Source of the DNA: an uncultured virus (IMG/VR IMGVR_UViG_3300018475_000128)
Lineage: Duplodnaviria > Heunggongvirae > Uroviricota > Caudoviricetes
Reading direction: 5' to 3' (one strand)
IMG/VR virus record: IMGVR_UViG_3300018475_000128
DNA: 64,000 bases
Position numbers and translations under genes: made by a program. The notes beneath the pieces are model-generated. The model was not told the origin of the DNA and searched no databases. It saw only the letters and a list, made by a program, of their open reading frames with translations. Each line of letters begins with the position of its first letter. Position 1 is the stretch's first letter. Below are positions 45,750 through 57,121 of the stretch, piece after piece.

Positions 45750-48700
45750 TTACGTCCTCCCTTCTATTTTAGCTGCTCTAACAAGAGTCTGAATTGCACT
45801 GGCAACTTCGGTACCGTCGTCATAAGCAATTCCATCAATGTGATATGTGGTATTACCCATACCATCCATCTTTCTACTAAGTTTATCGATAGCGGATACA
45901 ACATCGTCATTAGCTCCATTTTGACCTCTAAGGTTCATCATAGAACTAATAGCTCCGACATTTGCTCGAACACCAACTGAAGAACCCATATCAAGCATAC
46001 TACCAAGAGCAGCTGTTCCAGATTCAACATCGCTCAAGTCGAGTACTGGGCGAATAGTTGGTTGGCTATCGATATCGTTACCGATCATATTAGAAATTTT
46101 TGCTATGCTATTGGATAAAGAATCGGTTGCGGTTTTACCGAGATTATATCCGGCTTGACCAACCAAACGACCCATCTTATCGATACCAACAACATAACCT
46201 TCGCCAAGCCACTTACCAGACTGCGCTGCAAGTTTTGACGGTGAATTAGATTTCTGACCGGCATTTATGCCAGCAGCTGCTTGAGCTCCTAATATAAAAC
46301 CAGCAGCAAAAGCTCCGGCAGCCTTAGTTTTAATACCATTTATATAACCGTCACCGAGATACTCACCAGCAGCATAAGCATTTTCAGCATGAGCGTCATC
46401 GCTAGTGCCAGCAGCAGCGCGACTAGCAAATTGCTGTCCAGCGGTTTCGGCAGCAGCCAGTTTGGTTTCGTTACTCAAAGCTTCTAAAGCAGAGTCGAGC
46501 AACTCTAACATAGCGTTTGTGACAGTAGTTTTAGAGTCAGCTGATTTCAAACCATCTTTCAGTGCGGTTACTATACTGCTAACAGCGGATTCGAAAGAAG
46601 AAGCTTTGTCTTTGAATGTATCTATTACTGCTTGGACTTTTGCTGTTGACAATTCACTTAATGCGGTATTAAGAACTTTAACACCGCCATAAGATTTATC
46701 GTTAAGCGATTTAAGTGTTTCTGAAATATCAGCAACATGATTTACTGCTTGTCGGACACTATTAAACTTAGTTTTCAGACTATTAGCAGCGTCGAGAGTG
46801 ATTATATTAGTAATGTCAGTGATAGCTGTTTTAACAGCATCAATACCAGTATAAACATAACCAGCTGTGCTAATAGTGTTAATTGCCTTACATACATCAT
46901 GAACGCTAGTTACAGCGGTTTTTAAGTTTTTAGCAGGATCGGCTGTAAATTCAGTCGGTATTTTTTTAGTAAGTTCTACTATTTGAGTAACAGCTGTTTG
47001 GGAAAATGTTATAGCGTCGATATCTTCTTGAGTAACAGTAGCGGCAACATCACACATTTTCTTAATGCCATCTGCCAATGCTTTAACACCGTTACCGAAA
47101 GAATAAGGATCATGTTCACCGAACCAGCTAGCGGTTCCTCCGGATTTAGGTATCTTCTCAACAACGTTAACTATTTCATCAACAGCAGTTCCGCTAGTTT
47201 TAATAGCCTCTACTTTAGTATCATCAATTGTAGCAGCTGTTTCTGCATAATCGACAATACCTTGACCGAGAGCGGTTAAACCAGCGCCAAAGCCCTCTAA
47301 ATTAGCCTCGCCACTCCACCAGCCAACTACTCCGCCTTCGTTAGGTAATGCGTTTACTACGTCGGTAAGTGCTGTCGCACCTTCTGCAGATTTCTTTATG
47401 GCTTCGGCATCAATAGATGCACCTACGATTTTATTATTATAAGCAACTAGAGAGTCTGCAAACGCAACAATAGATTCACCGAAACCAGTAAGATCGGATT
47501 GTCCAGTTATACCTTGCCATAAACCGCCAACTGTACCAAGACTAGTAGTTAAATCGGCTAGAGGTTGTGCTGCTTCAGCAGACTTCTTAACGGCCTCAGC
47601 ATCGAAACTTTTACCAGATACTTTAATAGAAAAATTAATTAAAGAATCAGCGAATGCTTCTATCTGTTGGCCCCAAGTTTTTAAATCAGATGCTCCAGCC
47701 CAATCTTGCCAGGCGCCGCCTGTTTTAGGAATACCATCGTTAAGTTTAGCAATCGCTTTGGCACCTTCGGCAGCTCTATTGATGTTAGCAACATCATCGT
47801 CAGTCAAATCTTTTAACGAATTAGCTACAGATTTCATGCTGCTAGCAAAACCAGCGGTCTGCTTACCAAGGTTCTCAAGCTTACCGTCTCCAAAGTTATT
47901 GCTACCGCAAACTTTATTAAGAGACTCTATTGCTCCTGCAAGAGCATCCATATTTGTAGCTGAATCAGCATCAAAGTCATTTATAGCAGAAACGAAATCG
48001 GAGATATTGTTTCCGAAATCGGAAAGTTTGGTTCCTAATGACTCTAAAGAAGATTCTCCACCAAACAACTTTTTCAAACCATCTACTATATTTAAGCCAT
48101 CAGCTGCACCTACACCCATTAATGCTGCTACTACTAAAGCAAGTTTACCTGCTTTTTCAACGGTAGAATCGGTAATATCATTGTTAATAACGTCTAAGAA
48201 TCCAGTAAGATTGTTAGCGAAGTCAGTAAGATTCTGACCAATTTCAGGTAGACCAGATGTAAGTCCAACTGCAAATGCGCTGATCATTTCACCAACGCCG
48301 CCTGCAACTTTTATAATCAGATCTAGACCGTTATCCACAAAGTCTTCTAGCTGAGGACAATATTCCATTATCGCACCTAATGCGACTATAAATACAGTCA
48401 TCACTTCAAGCATGCCAATTAGCGCACCCAGACAGGTAACACCAATCGCCGCTAATGGACCTAACAAACTTACTGTAACTAATGTTGTTGTTAGGGTATT
48501 TAATAATGTTATGAGTATATTAGCATTGGCTTGTGCGTTCTCGACACCTTCCATCAGAGCCAACACACCAACAACAATAAGCAATGATGCCATGAGAACT
48601 GCTAATGCCCCAACACCAATCAATGCCATCGGAACAAGTGCGCCAACTAGTGTTAACGGTATCAATAATAATGTCAGAACAGTTACCATTACAGTTAAGA

Positions 48701-51700
48701 CCTGAGCATTTGTTACCGCATTTTGAAGTCCTTCCATCAGATATAACACGCCGACTACAATAAGTAACGATGTCATAAGAACTGCCAATGCACCAATGCC
48801 TATAAATGCAGTAGCTGCTAAACCACCGATTAAAGATAACGGTATGAGTAGAAGTGTTAATACACCCATAAGAATAGATAACGCAGCAACTCTAACAAGA
48901 GCGCCTTCAGCATCAATACCATTAGCTAAGATCATAATAGCTGCTAACTCTGCTAATACTAAGCCGAGTAAGGCCATTGCGCCCACTGCTCCAATATTTA
49001 ATTTAACCTTAAATTTATCAAGTGCGGTTGCTACTACAGCTAACACACCTATGAGAGCCGATAATGCAAGCACTCTTGTCATAGCGCCTTCGGCTTTAAT
49101 ATTATTAGCTGCAATAAGTACTCCAGCGACCTCGCCTAATACTAAAGCTAGCAGTGACATTGCACCTACTGCGCCGCCATTAAACTTAATATTAAGTTTA
49201 TCCAGTGCTATTAACACACCAGCTATTACGCCCATGAGAGCTGATAGAGCAAGTACTCTAGTCATAGCACCTTCAGGATTAATCTGATTAGCTAAAATAA
49301 GTACTCCAGCTACTTCACCCAAAACCAATGCCAGAAGTGACATAGCACCTACTGCTCCGCCACTAAATTTAACATTTAGTTTATCAAGCCCCGTTGCTAC
49401 TACGGCAAGTACAGCTAATAGTGCTGACAGTGCTTCTATTCTCGGTAATGCCGCGGCAGGATCAATATGCTCAGCAAGATCAAGAACTCCGACGAGTTCG
49501 AAAAGTACAGCGCCAAGTAATGCTATCGTACCTACTGCTCCGCCACTAAATCCGACATTAAACTTATCAAGTAGTAATGCTACTCCAGCTAATACTACCA
49601 ATAGTTTTGACAATGCTTCAATTCTCGGCATAGCTGCTACTGGGTCAATATATTCAGCAAGTTTAAGAACCCCAACGAGTTCAAAGAGTACCGCACCAAG
49701 TAATGCTATAGTAGCTACTGCTTTACCGTTAAAACCAACATTGAATTTATCGAGTACTGTAGCAACACCGGCTAACACGCCTAGTAATATCGACAGTGCT
49801 ACCGCATTTCCAACAGCAGTTAACGGGTTCATATCTTTAATAGAATATAGAACAAAAGCTAATTCACCGACGACTAAACCGAGAACTGCAAGTGCTCCAA
49901 TCCATTTGTATATGTTTTTAGCTTGTACTCTACTTTTAGAAAGTATTTTAAGAGTACCAGCCATCGCTAATAATAAAGCAGATATACCTACTGATGCACC
50001 GATGGCACTTAGCGGATCTATGTCTTTGATTGAATATAGAACAAAAGCTAGTTCACCGACAACTAAACCGAGAACAGCAAGTGCTCCAATCCATTTATAT
50101 ATGTTTTTAGCTTTAATATTGTGTTTAGATAGTATTTTAAGCGTATACGCCATCGCTAATAACAATCCGGACAATGCCGCTGCGCTGCCGATAGCAGTTA
50201 GCGGATCTAAATCTTGCATAGCTAGCAGAATAGTAGCTAGTTCGGCTACTATCAACCCAAGAACAGCAAGCGCCCCAAGCCATTTATATATAGTTTTGGC
50301 TTTTATACGACTTTTAGCTAAATGTTTAAGAACAGTAGCCATTGCTAGTAACATACCACCCAAGGCCACAAACGACGATATCTTACTCTCCGGAGACACA
50401 TCGTCTAACCATTTTACCAGGAGAGCCATCTCTGCCATGAGTAATCCAAAACCAACTATCATAGCAATGATAGGTCCTGTTTTTAAACCTTTACAGTTTT
50501 TACCTAGGACTGCTAGTACTCCCGTCATTACGAGCAATACCTTGCTAACGGCTTGACCACCCTGCTCTAATGTTCCAGGGTCCATCTTACCAAGGAGCCA
50601 AATAGCTGCACAAACAGCCAACAATGCTACAGCAAAACCGGTAAAATGATTAACTGATTTTTGTCCCTTTTTAAGAACAGTTCCTTTGCTAGTAAGGTTT
50701 GTAATGGCGAGCATAACCGTCATCACGCCTAGGATTTTGCCAATAACGTTACCGCCCTTTTTAATAGCATCGTCTTCCATGGCAGCAAAGTCTTCTATAA
50801 CTCCCAATAAAATCTTGAGAGATAAAACCATTGCTAATAGGGTGAATGCCAACCCTTTAAAACTAGCTCCGTCTTTGACACCACGAGACATTATATTAAT
50901 AGCTACGGAAAGAGCTACCATCATAAGCATTATTTTCTCTATAGCTTTTGACTTACCAAACCAATCATATTCATCATAAGCGGTTATAACATCAAGCATT
51001 TGTTTTAATGCAAGTATCAAAGTTAAAAGACCCGCAACAGATGCGAAGTTCGAGTTTGCAGCTTTTGAAACCATGGCTACGCCAAATGATAGAGCTGCTA
51101 TAGTAGCAGCCAAATAACCAAATGTTTTAAGTGGATCATTAAGTTTTAGGTTATCAAAGTCTTTAAGAGTTTTAACCATTAAAGCTATTGCGGCTATGAG
51201 TATTAACAATGACACAGATATGCCAAACATACCTTTTACATCTAAACCGCCTATTTTACTAGATAGAAATCCTAAACCGGCAATAACACCACCCATAATA
51301 ATGAGCAGTCCAGCTAACATACCAGCGGCTTGCCATGCTTTTCCCATATCATCTATGCTAGATAACACAAGAATACATACCGTTAATACGCCAAGCGCCA
51401 ACGCCATGGCTTTAAATGCATCACCGATTGCTTTCCATTTAAGAGAATTTGCAACATTATTTAAGGCACTTGTTATATTCTCAAACGGTGCAACAAAAGA
51501 ATCCATTAGTTTTATAGCCTTTAATAAGGTTAAAATCCATAGAATTTTCTCTACCGCATCTAGGATAGTCATCAGACTTATTTCTTCAGTACCGAATATA
51601 AATTTAACAATACCCTTGAGCGCATCTTGACATATCTTAAACGCGTCTTTTAATTTATCACCGATATTTACCCAAAATTCTACAAAACCGATGAAAAACG

Positions 51701-54200
51701 ATTGGATACCGTTTTCAAAATTTGTTTTCGCTGTTTTTATAGTTTTGTGACCACTGAGTGTTTTACCGATTCCATCTACTACGCCAGCAAGTCCCTTTTT
51801 ATCGGATGATTTAATGTTGTCACCAAGATTGGTAAAATTGGTGAAAAACATTCTTAAATTTTCAAGACTAAACTCTGGTAATTTAAATCCAGCAAAGAAC
51901 TTTTTAAGTCCATCAAACGCGCCACGTATACTATCAACAGCAAAAGTAACAACTTTACTGTTAGCTACGCTTTTCGCAATTTTGGATATAAAATCAGCTA
52001 TGGTTTTGAGAGTTTTTCCTAAACCTGAATCGCTAAAATTAGCGAGTTTATTAGAGATATTACCTAATGCGCCAGACATCCTTTCAGATGCATCTGCAAA
52101 CCATTCGGCTGTGGTCTTAAAGAATTCTGTTTCTTTAAATTTTTCAATCCACTTACCAACATGTTCTACTATAAATTTAGTTATAGTATCTACAACATTA
52201 TCTACAGTGTCTCTAAAACTAACTAATCCTTCACCAACACTAGCCAGTATATCCAGAACATTTACTCCAAAGAAACTAAGAATTTCTTTAAGTACATTAA
52301 AAGCTAATTTTGCCGGACCTTTTAATATTGTAAGAACAATGTCGATAGCTGCGAATATACCCTTAAAAATACTCAAGAATTTCTTACCGGTTTCACTTAA
52401 CTCTCCGGTATCTTTTTCAGTGAGCCTAATGTTCTCACTAAATTCATGTAGAGCAGAAATTATATTATGCAGCTTAATTACCATATCAGCCGCAGTGGGT
52501 ATTTCAAATATTTCTCCTAATGCATCCTTAATTATTTGAATAGTATCTAATATGACACTTCCAAAATTCTTAAAAGAATCTATTAGTAAGTCTCGACCAT
52601 TATTTTTAGCCATATTATCTGCTATCTGGTTAATGGTCTTACCAGTTCGCTTAGCTTCTTTAGCTAAAGCATTATATAATTCAATCTCATCTTCTGTGAG
52701 ACCTAGATTTTTCAGTGTTTCTTCATCAAGTGCTTCGAGTTTTTTAGTCAACTCTTCTGTTTCTTCAGCACTAGTAACTAATGTGAGACCAAACTTCTCA
52801 TGAGAAGCCTGAACATCTTCAATAGTTAACTTGTATTGATAGCCTTTATTAACAAGATCCTGAACAACTCGATGATCATATCCAGCGGCTTTTAATAGAT
52901 CATAACGATCGGGGTTGTCTCCTCGATTGTTAAAATCACCACGCCAAACCTTAGTTACGACATCTTGGAAGTACTCTAATGTTTTAGTAGCATTTTTAAC
53001 TTTTTCAATGCCTTTAGTAACATTACCGAGTTTTTCCTCTATCGCTTTCCATGGTTCAGCAAAGTTTAATGCTGTTTCAAGAACCCAATTTCGAACCTCA
53101 GCACCGGCAGCAAATACGTCCCAAAGAGTATTGGCTAAATCGGTCCATAGAACTTTAGCTTCTGCATAGTTACCAAAGATTATTTCAAAGGTTTTCATCC
53201 AACCAGAGCTAACAGCATCCTTGGTAGCGTCTATAGCTTCGGAGAATGTTTTTGCTTCCTGTGCTGCTTTAGCAGCTGTTATAGCAACACCATCATATTT
53301 CTTGGATAAAATTTCATAAGCCTCAGACGCGGTATCGACTTCACCAGACTGAACCATCTCATAGGCCAACTCTGACATCTCTGCAAATTTACCAAATGCT
53401 TCTTCCAAAACACTAGTGTCAGCCCATTTATCTTTAAGAGTAGAAGCAAAGTCGGCAACGGTTATTTTACCTTCTTCGATTTTACCTTGTGCTACCGCGA
53501 CATCGATGATCATCTGTTTAAGCTGCTTTGAGCTTACACCAGCAAGGTCAATAGATTTCCAGTCTGCATAATCCAAATAACCTTTGGAATAAGACTGGTT
53601 TAAGTTATACATTACGCGGCTAAATTCTGTTGCACCTTTACCAGCAAATGCAGTCGCATTAGCGACACCAGTTATAAGCGGTATCAACTTATCGATATCA
53701 CCGCCGGCTGAGGTCATTTGGCCTAAAGCGGCAGTCATATCTGTGAAACCATAACTAGTCTCGTCTGAGAACCACATTAATTTATTTAGATATTGATTAA
53801 CTTCATCGATAGATTTGCCAGTCGCGTTCATTATGGTCTGAACAGAAGCAGTCTTGTCACCATATTTACCCCAACCAGATGCAATCTGATCAACTGATAA
53901 AGATTTTACAAGATTCTTACCAGCATTAACTGCTGAATTTGTGATATTCGCGAGGGCGGTTACTCCTATGACTTCAAGAGCTGAGAACTTAGCGCGAACC
54001 GTTTCCACACCGTTTGAAAGTCCAGACATATCGACTTTTTGAGCAGCCGCATTAACATTTTCCAGACCTTTAGATGCTCCATCGAGATGAAGAGCATGTT
54101 TAAGCTTGTCGAGAGTCGACATCGTTGTAGCGACATTAGATTCGAAATGTTTATTGTCAAATCGCATTTCGACAACTCTCTGGTCAACTGTTGTACTCAT
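45750..54200 (-). CDS. tape measure protein
   Basis: 2816 aa, Ala/Leu/Gly-rich, DQRVVEMRFDN start, TMP N-domain, SNSPSK and PTIRPVLDL at the C-terminus. Confidence 0.92.
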   Translation of the reverse strand: MSTTVDQRVVEMRFDNKHFESNVATTMSTLDKLKHALHLDGASKGLENVNAAAQKVDMSGLSNGVETVRAKFSALEVIGVTALANITNSAVNAGKNLVKSLSVDQIASGWGKYGDKTASVQTIMNATGKSIDEVNQYLNKLMWFSDETSYGFTDMTAALGQMTSAGGDIDKLIPLITGVANATAFAGKGATEFSRVMYNLNQSYSKGYLDYADWKSIDLAGVSSKQLKQMIIDVAVAQGKIEEGKITVADFASTLKDKWADTSVLEEAFGKFAEMSELAYEMVQSGEVDTASEAYEILSKKYDGVAITAAKAAQEAKTFSEAIDATKDAVSSGWMKTFEIIFGNYAEAKVLWTDLANTLWDVFAAGAEVRNWVLETALNFAEPWKAIEEKLGNVTKGIEKVKNATKTLEYFQDVVTKVWRGDFNNRGDNPDRYDLLKAAGYDHRVVQDLVNKGYQYKLTIEDVQASHEKFGLTLVTSAEETEELTKKLEALDEETLKNLGLTEDEIELYNALAKEAKRTGKTINQIADNMAKNNGRDLLIDSFKNFGSVILDTIQIIKDALGEIFEIPTAADMVIKLHNIISALHEFSENIRLTEKDTGELSETGKKFLSIFKGIFAAIDIVLTILKGPAKLAFNVLKEILSFFGVNVLDILASVGEGLVSFRDTVDNVVDTITKFIVEHVGKWIEKFKETEFFKTTAEWFADASERMSGALGNISNKLANFSDSGLGKTLKTIADFISKIAKSVANSKVVTFAVDSIRGAFDGLKKFFAGFKLPEFSLENLRMFFTNFTNLGDNIKSSDKKGLAGVVDGIGKTLSGHKTIKTAKTNFENGIQSFFIGFVEFWVNIGDKLKDAFKICQDALKGIVKFIFGTEEISLMTILDAVEKILWILTLLKAIKLMDSFVAPFENITSALNNVANSLKWKAIGDAFKAMALALGVLTVCILVLSSIDDMGKAWQAAGMLAGLLIIMGGVIAGLGFLSSKIGGLDVKGMFGISVSLLILIAAIALMVKTLKDFDNLKLNDPLKTFGYLAATIAALSFGVAMVSKAANSNFASVAGLLTLILALKQMLDVITAYDEYDWFGKSKAIEKIMLMMVALSVAINIMSRGVKDGASFKGLAFTLLAMVLSLKILLGVIEDFAAMEDDAIKKGGNVIGKILGVMTVMLAITNLTSKGTVLKKGQKSVNHFTGFAVALLAVCAAIWLLGKMDPGTLEQGGQAVSKVLLVMTGVLAVLGKNCKGLKTGPIIAMIVGFGLLMAEMALLVKWLDDVSPESKISSFVALGGMLLAMATVLKHLAKSRIKAKTIYKWLGALAVLGLIVAELATILLAMQDLDPLTAIGSAAALSGLLLAMAYTLKILSKHNIKAKNIYKWIGALAVLGLVVGELAFVLYSIKDIDPLSAIGASVGISALLLAMAGTLKILSKSRVQAKNIYKWIGALAVLGLVVGELAFVLYSIKDMNPLTAVGNAVALSILLGVLAGVATVLDKFNVGFNGKAVATIALLGAVLFELVGVLKLAEYIDPVAAMPRIEALSKLLVVLAGVALLLDKFNVGFSGGAVGTIALLGAVLFELVGVLDLAEHIDPAAALPRIEALSALLAVLAVVATGLDKLNVKFSGGAVGAMSLLALVLGEVAGVLILANQINPEGAMTRVLALSALMGVIAGVLIALDKLNIKFNGGAVGAMSLLALVLGEVAGVLIAANNIKAEGAMTRVLALSALIGVLAVVATALDKFKVKLNIGAVGAMALLGLVLAELAAIMILANGIDAEGALVRVAALSILMGVLTLLLIPLSLIGGLAATAFIGIGALAVLMTSLLIVVGVLYLMEGLQNAVTNAQVLTVMVTVLTLLLIPLTLVGALVPMALIGVGALAVLMASLLIVVGVLALMEGVENAQANANILITLLNTLTTTLVTVSLLGPLAAIGVTCLGALIGMLEVMTVFIVALGAIMEYCPQLEDFVDNGLDLIIKVAGGVGEMISAFAVGLTSGLPEIGQNLTDFANNLTGFLDVINNDITDSTVEKAGKLALVVAALMGVGAADGLNIVDGLKKLFGGESSLESLGTKLSDFGNNISDFVSAINDFDADSATNMDALAGAIESLNKVCGSNNFGDGKLENLGKQTAGFASSMKSVANSLKDLTDDDVANINRAAEGAKAIAKLNDGIPKTGGAWQDWAGASDLKTWGQQIEAFADSLINFSIKVSGKSFDAEAVKKSAEAAQPLADLTTSLGTVGGLWQGITGQSDLTGFGESIVAFADSLVAYNNKIVGASIDAEAIKKSAEGATALTDVVNALPNEGGVVGWWSGEANLEGFGAGLTALGQGIVDYAETAATIDDTKVEAIKTSGTAVDEIVNVVEKIPKSGGTASWFGEHDPYSFGNGVKALADGIKKMCDVAATVTQEDIDAITFSQTAVTQIVELTKKIPTEFTADPAKNLKTAVTSVHDVCKAINTISTAGYVYTGIDAVKTAITDITNIITLDAANSLKTKFNSVRQAVNHVADISETLKSLNDKSYGGVKVLNTALSELSTAKVQAVIDTFKDKASSFESAVSSIVTALKDGLKSADSKTTVTNAMLELLDSALEALSNETKLAAAETAGQQFASRAAAGTSDDAHAENAYAAGEYLGDGYINGIKTKAAGAFAAGFILGAQAAAGINAGQKSNSPSKLAAQSGKWLGEGYVVGIDKMGRLVGQAGYNLGKTATDSLSNSIAKISNMIGNDIDSQPTIRPVLDLSDVESGTAALGSMLDMGSSVGVRANVGAISSMMNLRGQNGANDDVVSAIDKLSRKMDGMGNTTYHIDGIAYDDGTEVASAIQTLVRAAKIEGRT
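48500..50400 (-). repeat. tandem ~60-65-aa hydrophobic repeats inside tape measure
   Basis: KxIYKWxGALAVLGLxVxEL x3; LDKxNVxFxGGAVGxxxLL x5. Confidence 0.75.
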
Positions 54201-54574
54201 AGTTTAGTAACCTCCCTCCATGCATCATCTGCTAATTGATCGAAAATAGGCTGAATAGCAGGATTAATATAATCTCGACCCTCTACCCAGCCTCCAGTTC
54301 CAGTTCCGTGACCATATTGCAAAATAATTGCAATCGGAACTCCATTTTGAATGTTTGAATTACAAAAGATCAGCTTAATCCATTTATCGGTTTGTTCAAT
54401 CTTGTAGTACCATGAATTAGCTGTTTCTCCGGTATCAACCGGTGTCGCAGACGAAAGGGCGGCCACACCTTTTCTTCCGTATTCTTCAAGTGACCTTATT
54501 TCAACGCCTTTCTTGTATTTGTTCAAGAAACTATACGTCTTAGAAAAGTCACCCTTTTGTCTGAAACCAATCAT
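54197..54574 (-). CDS. HK97 gp10-like tail completion protein
   Basis: TPVDTGETANSW, QYGHGT, GRDYINPA. Confidence 0.75.
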   Translation of the reverse strand: MIGFRQKGDFSKTYSFLNKYKKGVEIRSLEEYGRKGVAALSSATPVDTGETANSWYYKIEQTDKWIKLIFCNSNIQNGVPIAIILQYGHGTGTGGWVEGRDYINPAIQPIFDQLADDAWREVTKL

Positions 54575-54632
54575 ATAGTCACCTCTTACTTCGTGTTAAG
54601 AAGTTTTATTATTCTTATAATTATTTTGTTAA

Positions 54633-55175
54633 TTAACCTTTTGAGTTAAATTTCTGTCTACGAGCCGCATTAAGACTAGCGTTGCGACTCATGATGTCTT
54701 TTTTACTCATTTTCTTAGGTGGCTGATTTTTAATATTACATACTCGGACAAGCGTAAGGAGACGATTCAAATGCCATTTCTGACATTCAAAAGGAATATT
54801 CAAAGCTATCATCCAATAATAGATAAGCTCCGAAGTTATAACTTCTCGATTACGCTTGCCGTTTTTTTCTTCAAAGAATGTGGTTGCTGTCATGGGAGCG
54901 TCTATGTAATCATTTATAGCTTTCATGTTTTCTTTGGTTAAACATCTATACACGCTATCATCGATACTTGGATTAAGTGTCATGCATTTAACATAATCGA
55001 TGATTTCTTCGGTTGATTTTTCATCATTACTGATAAATGCTTTGCACCATTTTGACTCCCATTTTGAAATTGAAATCAGGGAGTGCTCAAGTTGTAAAGT
55101 TTGTTCTTTACTATATATGAACTCTCCCTTAACCTCATCAAATGCTTCAGTAGCGGGGATTGTAATGCTTATCAT
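54633..55175 (-). CDS. tail assembly chaperone 2
   Basis: LEHSLISISKWESKW, TSELIYYWM, WHLNRLL; between major tail and TMP. Confidence 0.65.
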   Translation of the reverse strand: MISITIPATEAFDEVKGEFIYSKEQTLQLEHSLISISKWESKWCKAFISNDEKSTEEIIDYVKCMTLNPSIDDSVYRCLTKENMKAINDYIDAPMTATTFFEEKNGKRNREVITSELIYYWMIALNIPFECQKWHLNRLLTLVRVCNIKNQPPKKMSKKDIMSRNASLNAARRQKFNSKG

Positions 55176-55198
55176 TGTTCAAACCCCCAACATATTAA

Positions 55199-55594
55199 TT
55201 ATTTATTTGCAGGCGCGGGAATGGAGGGCTTACCTTCCATTGCAGGAACGATTCCGTTAACGAAAGCAGCAGCAGCGTCAGCATTAGTAGCAAGTTCCAT
55301 GAACAGCTGTGAATATGCTTCAGTCTGTGCAAAGCTATCGGATAATTCCTTAGACTTAATAAAGCGTCTACCGTCGTCACTCTTTTGACCATAAGCCTTC
55401 AATACGAGTTCCTTGAAGATCTTAACAATAGCAGGTGCATCTTGTGCAGCAACTATTTTATTGATCATCTCAGCAAGACCGCCAGTAGTGCTCAATTCCA
55501 TTTCCATCAATTCGGCTTTGGACAGATTAAAGTAATGATCCTCTGTTCTCTCAACGCCATTGTAGTCAGTGTAAGTAAAAGTTTTTTTCAACAT
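55199..55594 (-). CDS. tail assembly chaperone
   Basis: YTDYNGVERTED.YFNL, YGQKSDDGRRF. Confidence 0.65.
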   Translation of the reverse strand: MLKKTFTYTDYNGVERTEDHYFNLSKAELMEMELSTTGGLAEMINKIVAAQDAPAIVKIFKELVLKAYGQKSDDGRRFIKSKELSDSFAQTEAYSQLFMELATNADAAAAFVNGIVPAMEGKPSIPAPANK

Positions 55595-55665
55595 AAGTAG
55601 TTTTCCCCTTTCAAATTTGTGCTGTCTATGCAGCGTAATAGGATAAAATAAGATAGTAAATGATA

Positions 55666-55697
55666 AAAGGGTCGCCAGCCTAACTGAATACGACCCT
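55666..55697 (-). terminator. hairpin/terminator after major tail gene
   Basis: AGGGTCG...CGACCCT-TTT. Confidence 0.5.
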
Positions 55698-55730
55698 CAT
55701 AGGTTTGTTAGATAATTCTAACTATAGAGA

Positions 55731-56429
55731 TTAGCCTTCAGTGCCAAGAATAGTGTATACCTCATCAGGAAGAGGTAAGTAAGCAGCACCAGTAGCAGAA
55801 CCATAAAGAATATCTTCCAAAGCTGTCATTTTACTTGCATCAACCTTGGTAGAATCAATAGTGAGACATGCAGTGGGCTTAGGAGTAACCTTCTGACCGT
55901 CAACAGTAACTTCACCGATGGCAACAGGAGTAGTAGTGAACTCCCAAGAGAAAGTGATAGCCTCGGGAGAATCGTTAATAGTAGCATAAGCCTTCTCAGA
56001 AACAGCAGCAAGAGCGCCGTAAACAAGATGGAGCTTATAACCATAGTCATTACCAACGTCATCATTGCCAAGAGTAGTACGATAGCAGATACCGAAAGTC
56101 TTACGACCCTGAGCGCTAATAGTCATACCAGGAATAAGCTCCAACTCGCCATTGCAAGCCTTGAACTCATCGGGATAAGTATAAGCTTCGATAGTACCAC
56201 CAAACTCTTCATTAGACATCAGGTTAAGATACTTAATATTATCAGCATACAGAGCTGTAGCCTCAGCACCAGAAGGTGACTCGGTAACGGCAGTAAGACC
56301 ATTCCAAGCTACACCGCCCTGATAAGGGCTTTTACCATCAGTAGATTCGCCACGAACATACAGAACGCCACGATCAACACCGGTTTCGTAAAAACGCTTA
56401 CCGGTTTCGTCCCAAATAATTTTAGCCAT
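55731..56429 (-). CDS. major tail protein
   Basis: YETGVDRGVLY, AWNGL, YADNIKY, IEAYTYP, FSWE, LPLPDE. Confidence 0.88.
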   Translation of the reverse strand: MAKIIWDETGKRFYETGVDRGVLYVRGESTDGKSPYQGGVAWNGLTAVTESPSGAEATALYADNIKYLNLMSNEEFGGTIEAYTYPDEFKACNGELELIPGMTISAQGRKTFGICYRTTLGNDDVGNDYGYKLHLVYGALAAVSEKAYATINDSPEAITFSWEFTTTPVAIGEVTVDGQKVTPKPTACLTIDSTKVDASKMTALEDILYGSATGAAYLPLPDEVYTILGTEG

Positions 56430-56449
56430 AATATAGGCCCCCTTTTTTA

Positions 56450-56767
56450 TTAATAATAGATTGTGAATGGATAATGATTTAAATTATCCGCAGTGTATGG
56501 ACGTCCAGAACTAATCATCTCGAAATGAGCCAAAAGCTTATCCGGGATATCAGTATCGGGGTCTCTAGTTATAACGACACCCTCGTATTGATTGGTAGAA
56601 AGATAGATCTTATTGTTTGCACGTTTAAGACCTTTTCCAGCCAATTTATAACGAATGGCGCCGGTTGGATCGTATTGCATTTTTACATTCTCAGGGGTTT
56701 GAAAATAAACATTTCTAGAACCTAGTACTTCGCATAACTCCTCATGGAGTTCGAGTCTACTAGCCAT
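56450..56767 (-). CDS. tail terminator-like protein
   Basis: NVYFQTP, ADNLNH; position. Confidence 0.65.
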   Translation of the reverse strand: MASRLELHEELCEVLGSRNVYFQTPENVKMQYDPTGAIRYKLAGKGLKRANNKIYLSTNQYEGVVITRDPDTDIPDKLLAHFEMISSGRPYTADNLNHYPFTIYY

Positions 56768-57080
56768 TATAAACACCCCCGAGAGTTAGTATTAGTCGAG
56801 GAGGCTGAGTGGGGTCGACACTATCAACAGACCACTTAGCCCCCATAAACTCAATCCACTTAATGGAGTAGAATTTCTCAACGGCAAACGGATCGGCAAC
56901 AATACTAATCTGCGTATTCACAGTTAGATTGTCATTAGTGCTATCGGAATTTCCAGTCCACCTAGTGACATTGCGAGTTACATCCCCGTAATACTCACGT
57001 ACCGTATCCTGGGGCATCCATACTCCGGGAACAGTTTCCACTGTCTCAGAGTAACCTACTTTTCCGAACCATCTACCCAT
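56760..57080 (-). CDS. head closure/head-tail joining protein
   Basis: PGVW, YYGDV, ISIVADPFA, PRLILTLGG. Confidence 0.65.
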   Translation of the reverse strand: MGRWFGKVGYSETVETVPGVWMPQDTVREYYGDVTRNVTRWTGNSDSTNDNLTVNTQISIVADPFAVEKFYSIKWIEFMGAKWSVDSVDPTQPPRLILTLGGVYNG

Positions 57081-57121
57081 CAATAATCACTCCATTTTGA
57101 TTTTTGTAAGCGCTTACAATA

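Noticed and set aside
46405..53169. long plus-strand ORFs antisense to the tape measure (and similar ones opposite capsid, polymerase and NAD genes)
   Set aside because: Shadow frames caused by codon bias of the real minus-strand genes; no RBS or recognisable motifs
54633..55594. programmed frameshift joining the tail chaperones
   Set aside because: ORFs are separated by 23 nt, and no clear slippery heptamer was seen near the first stop
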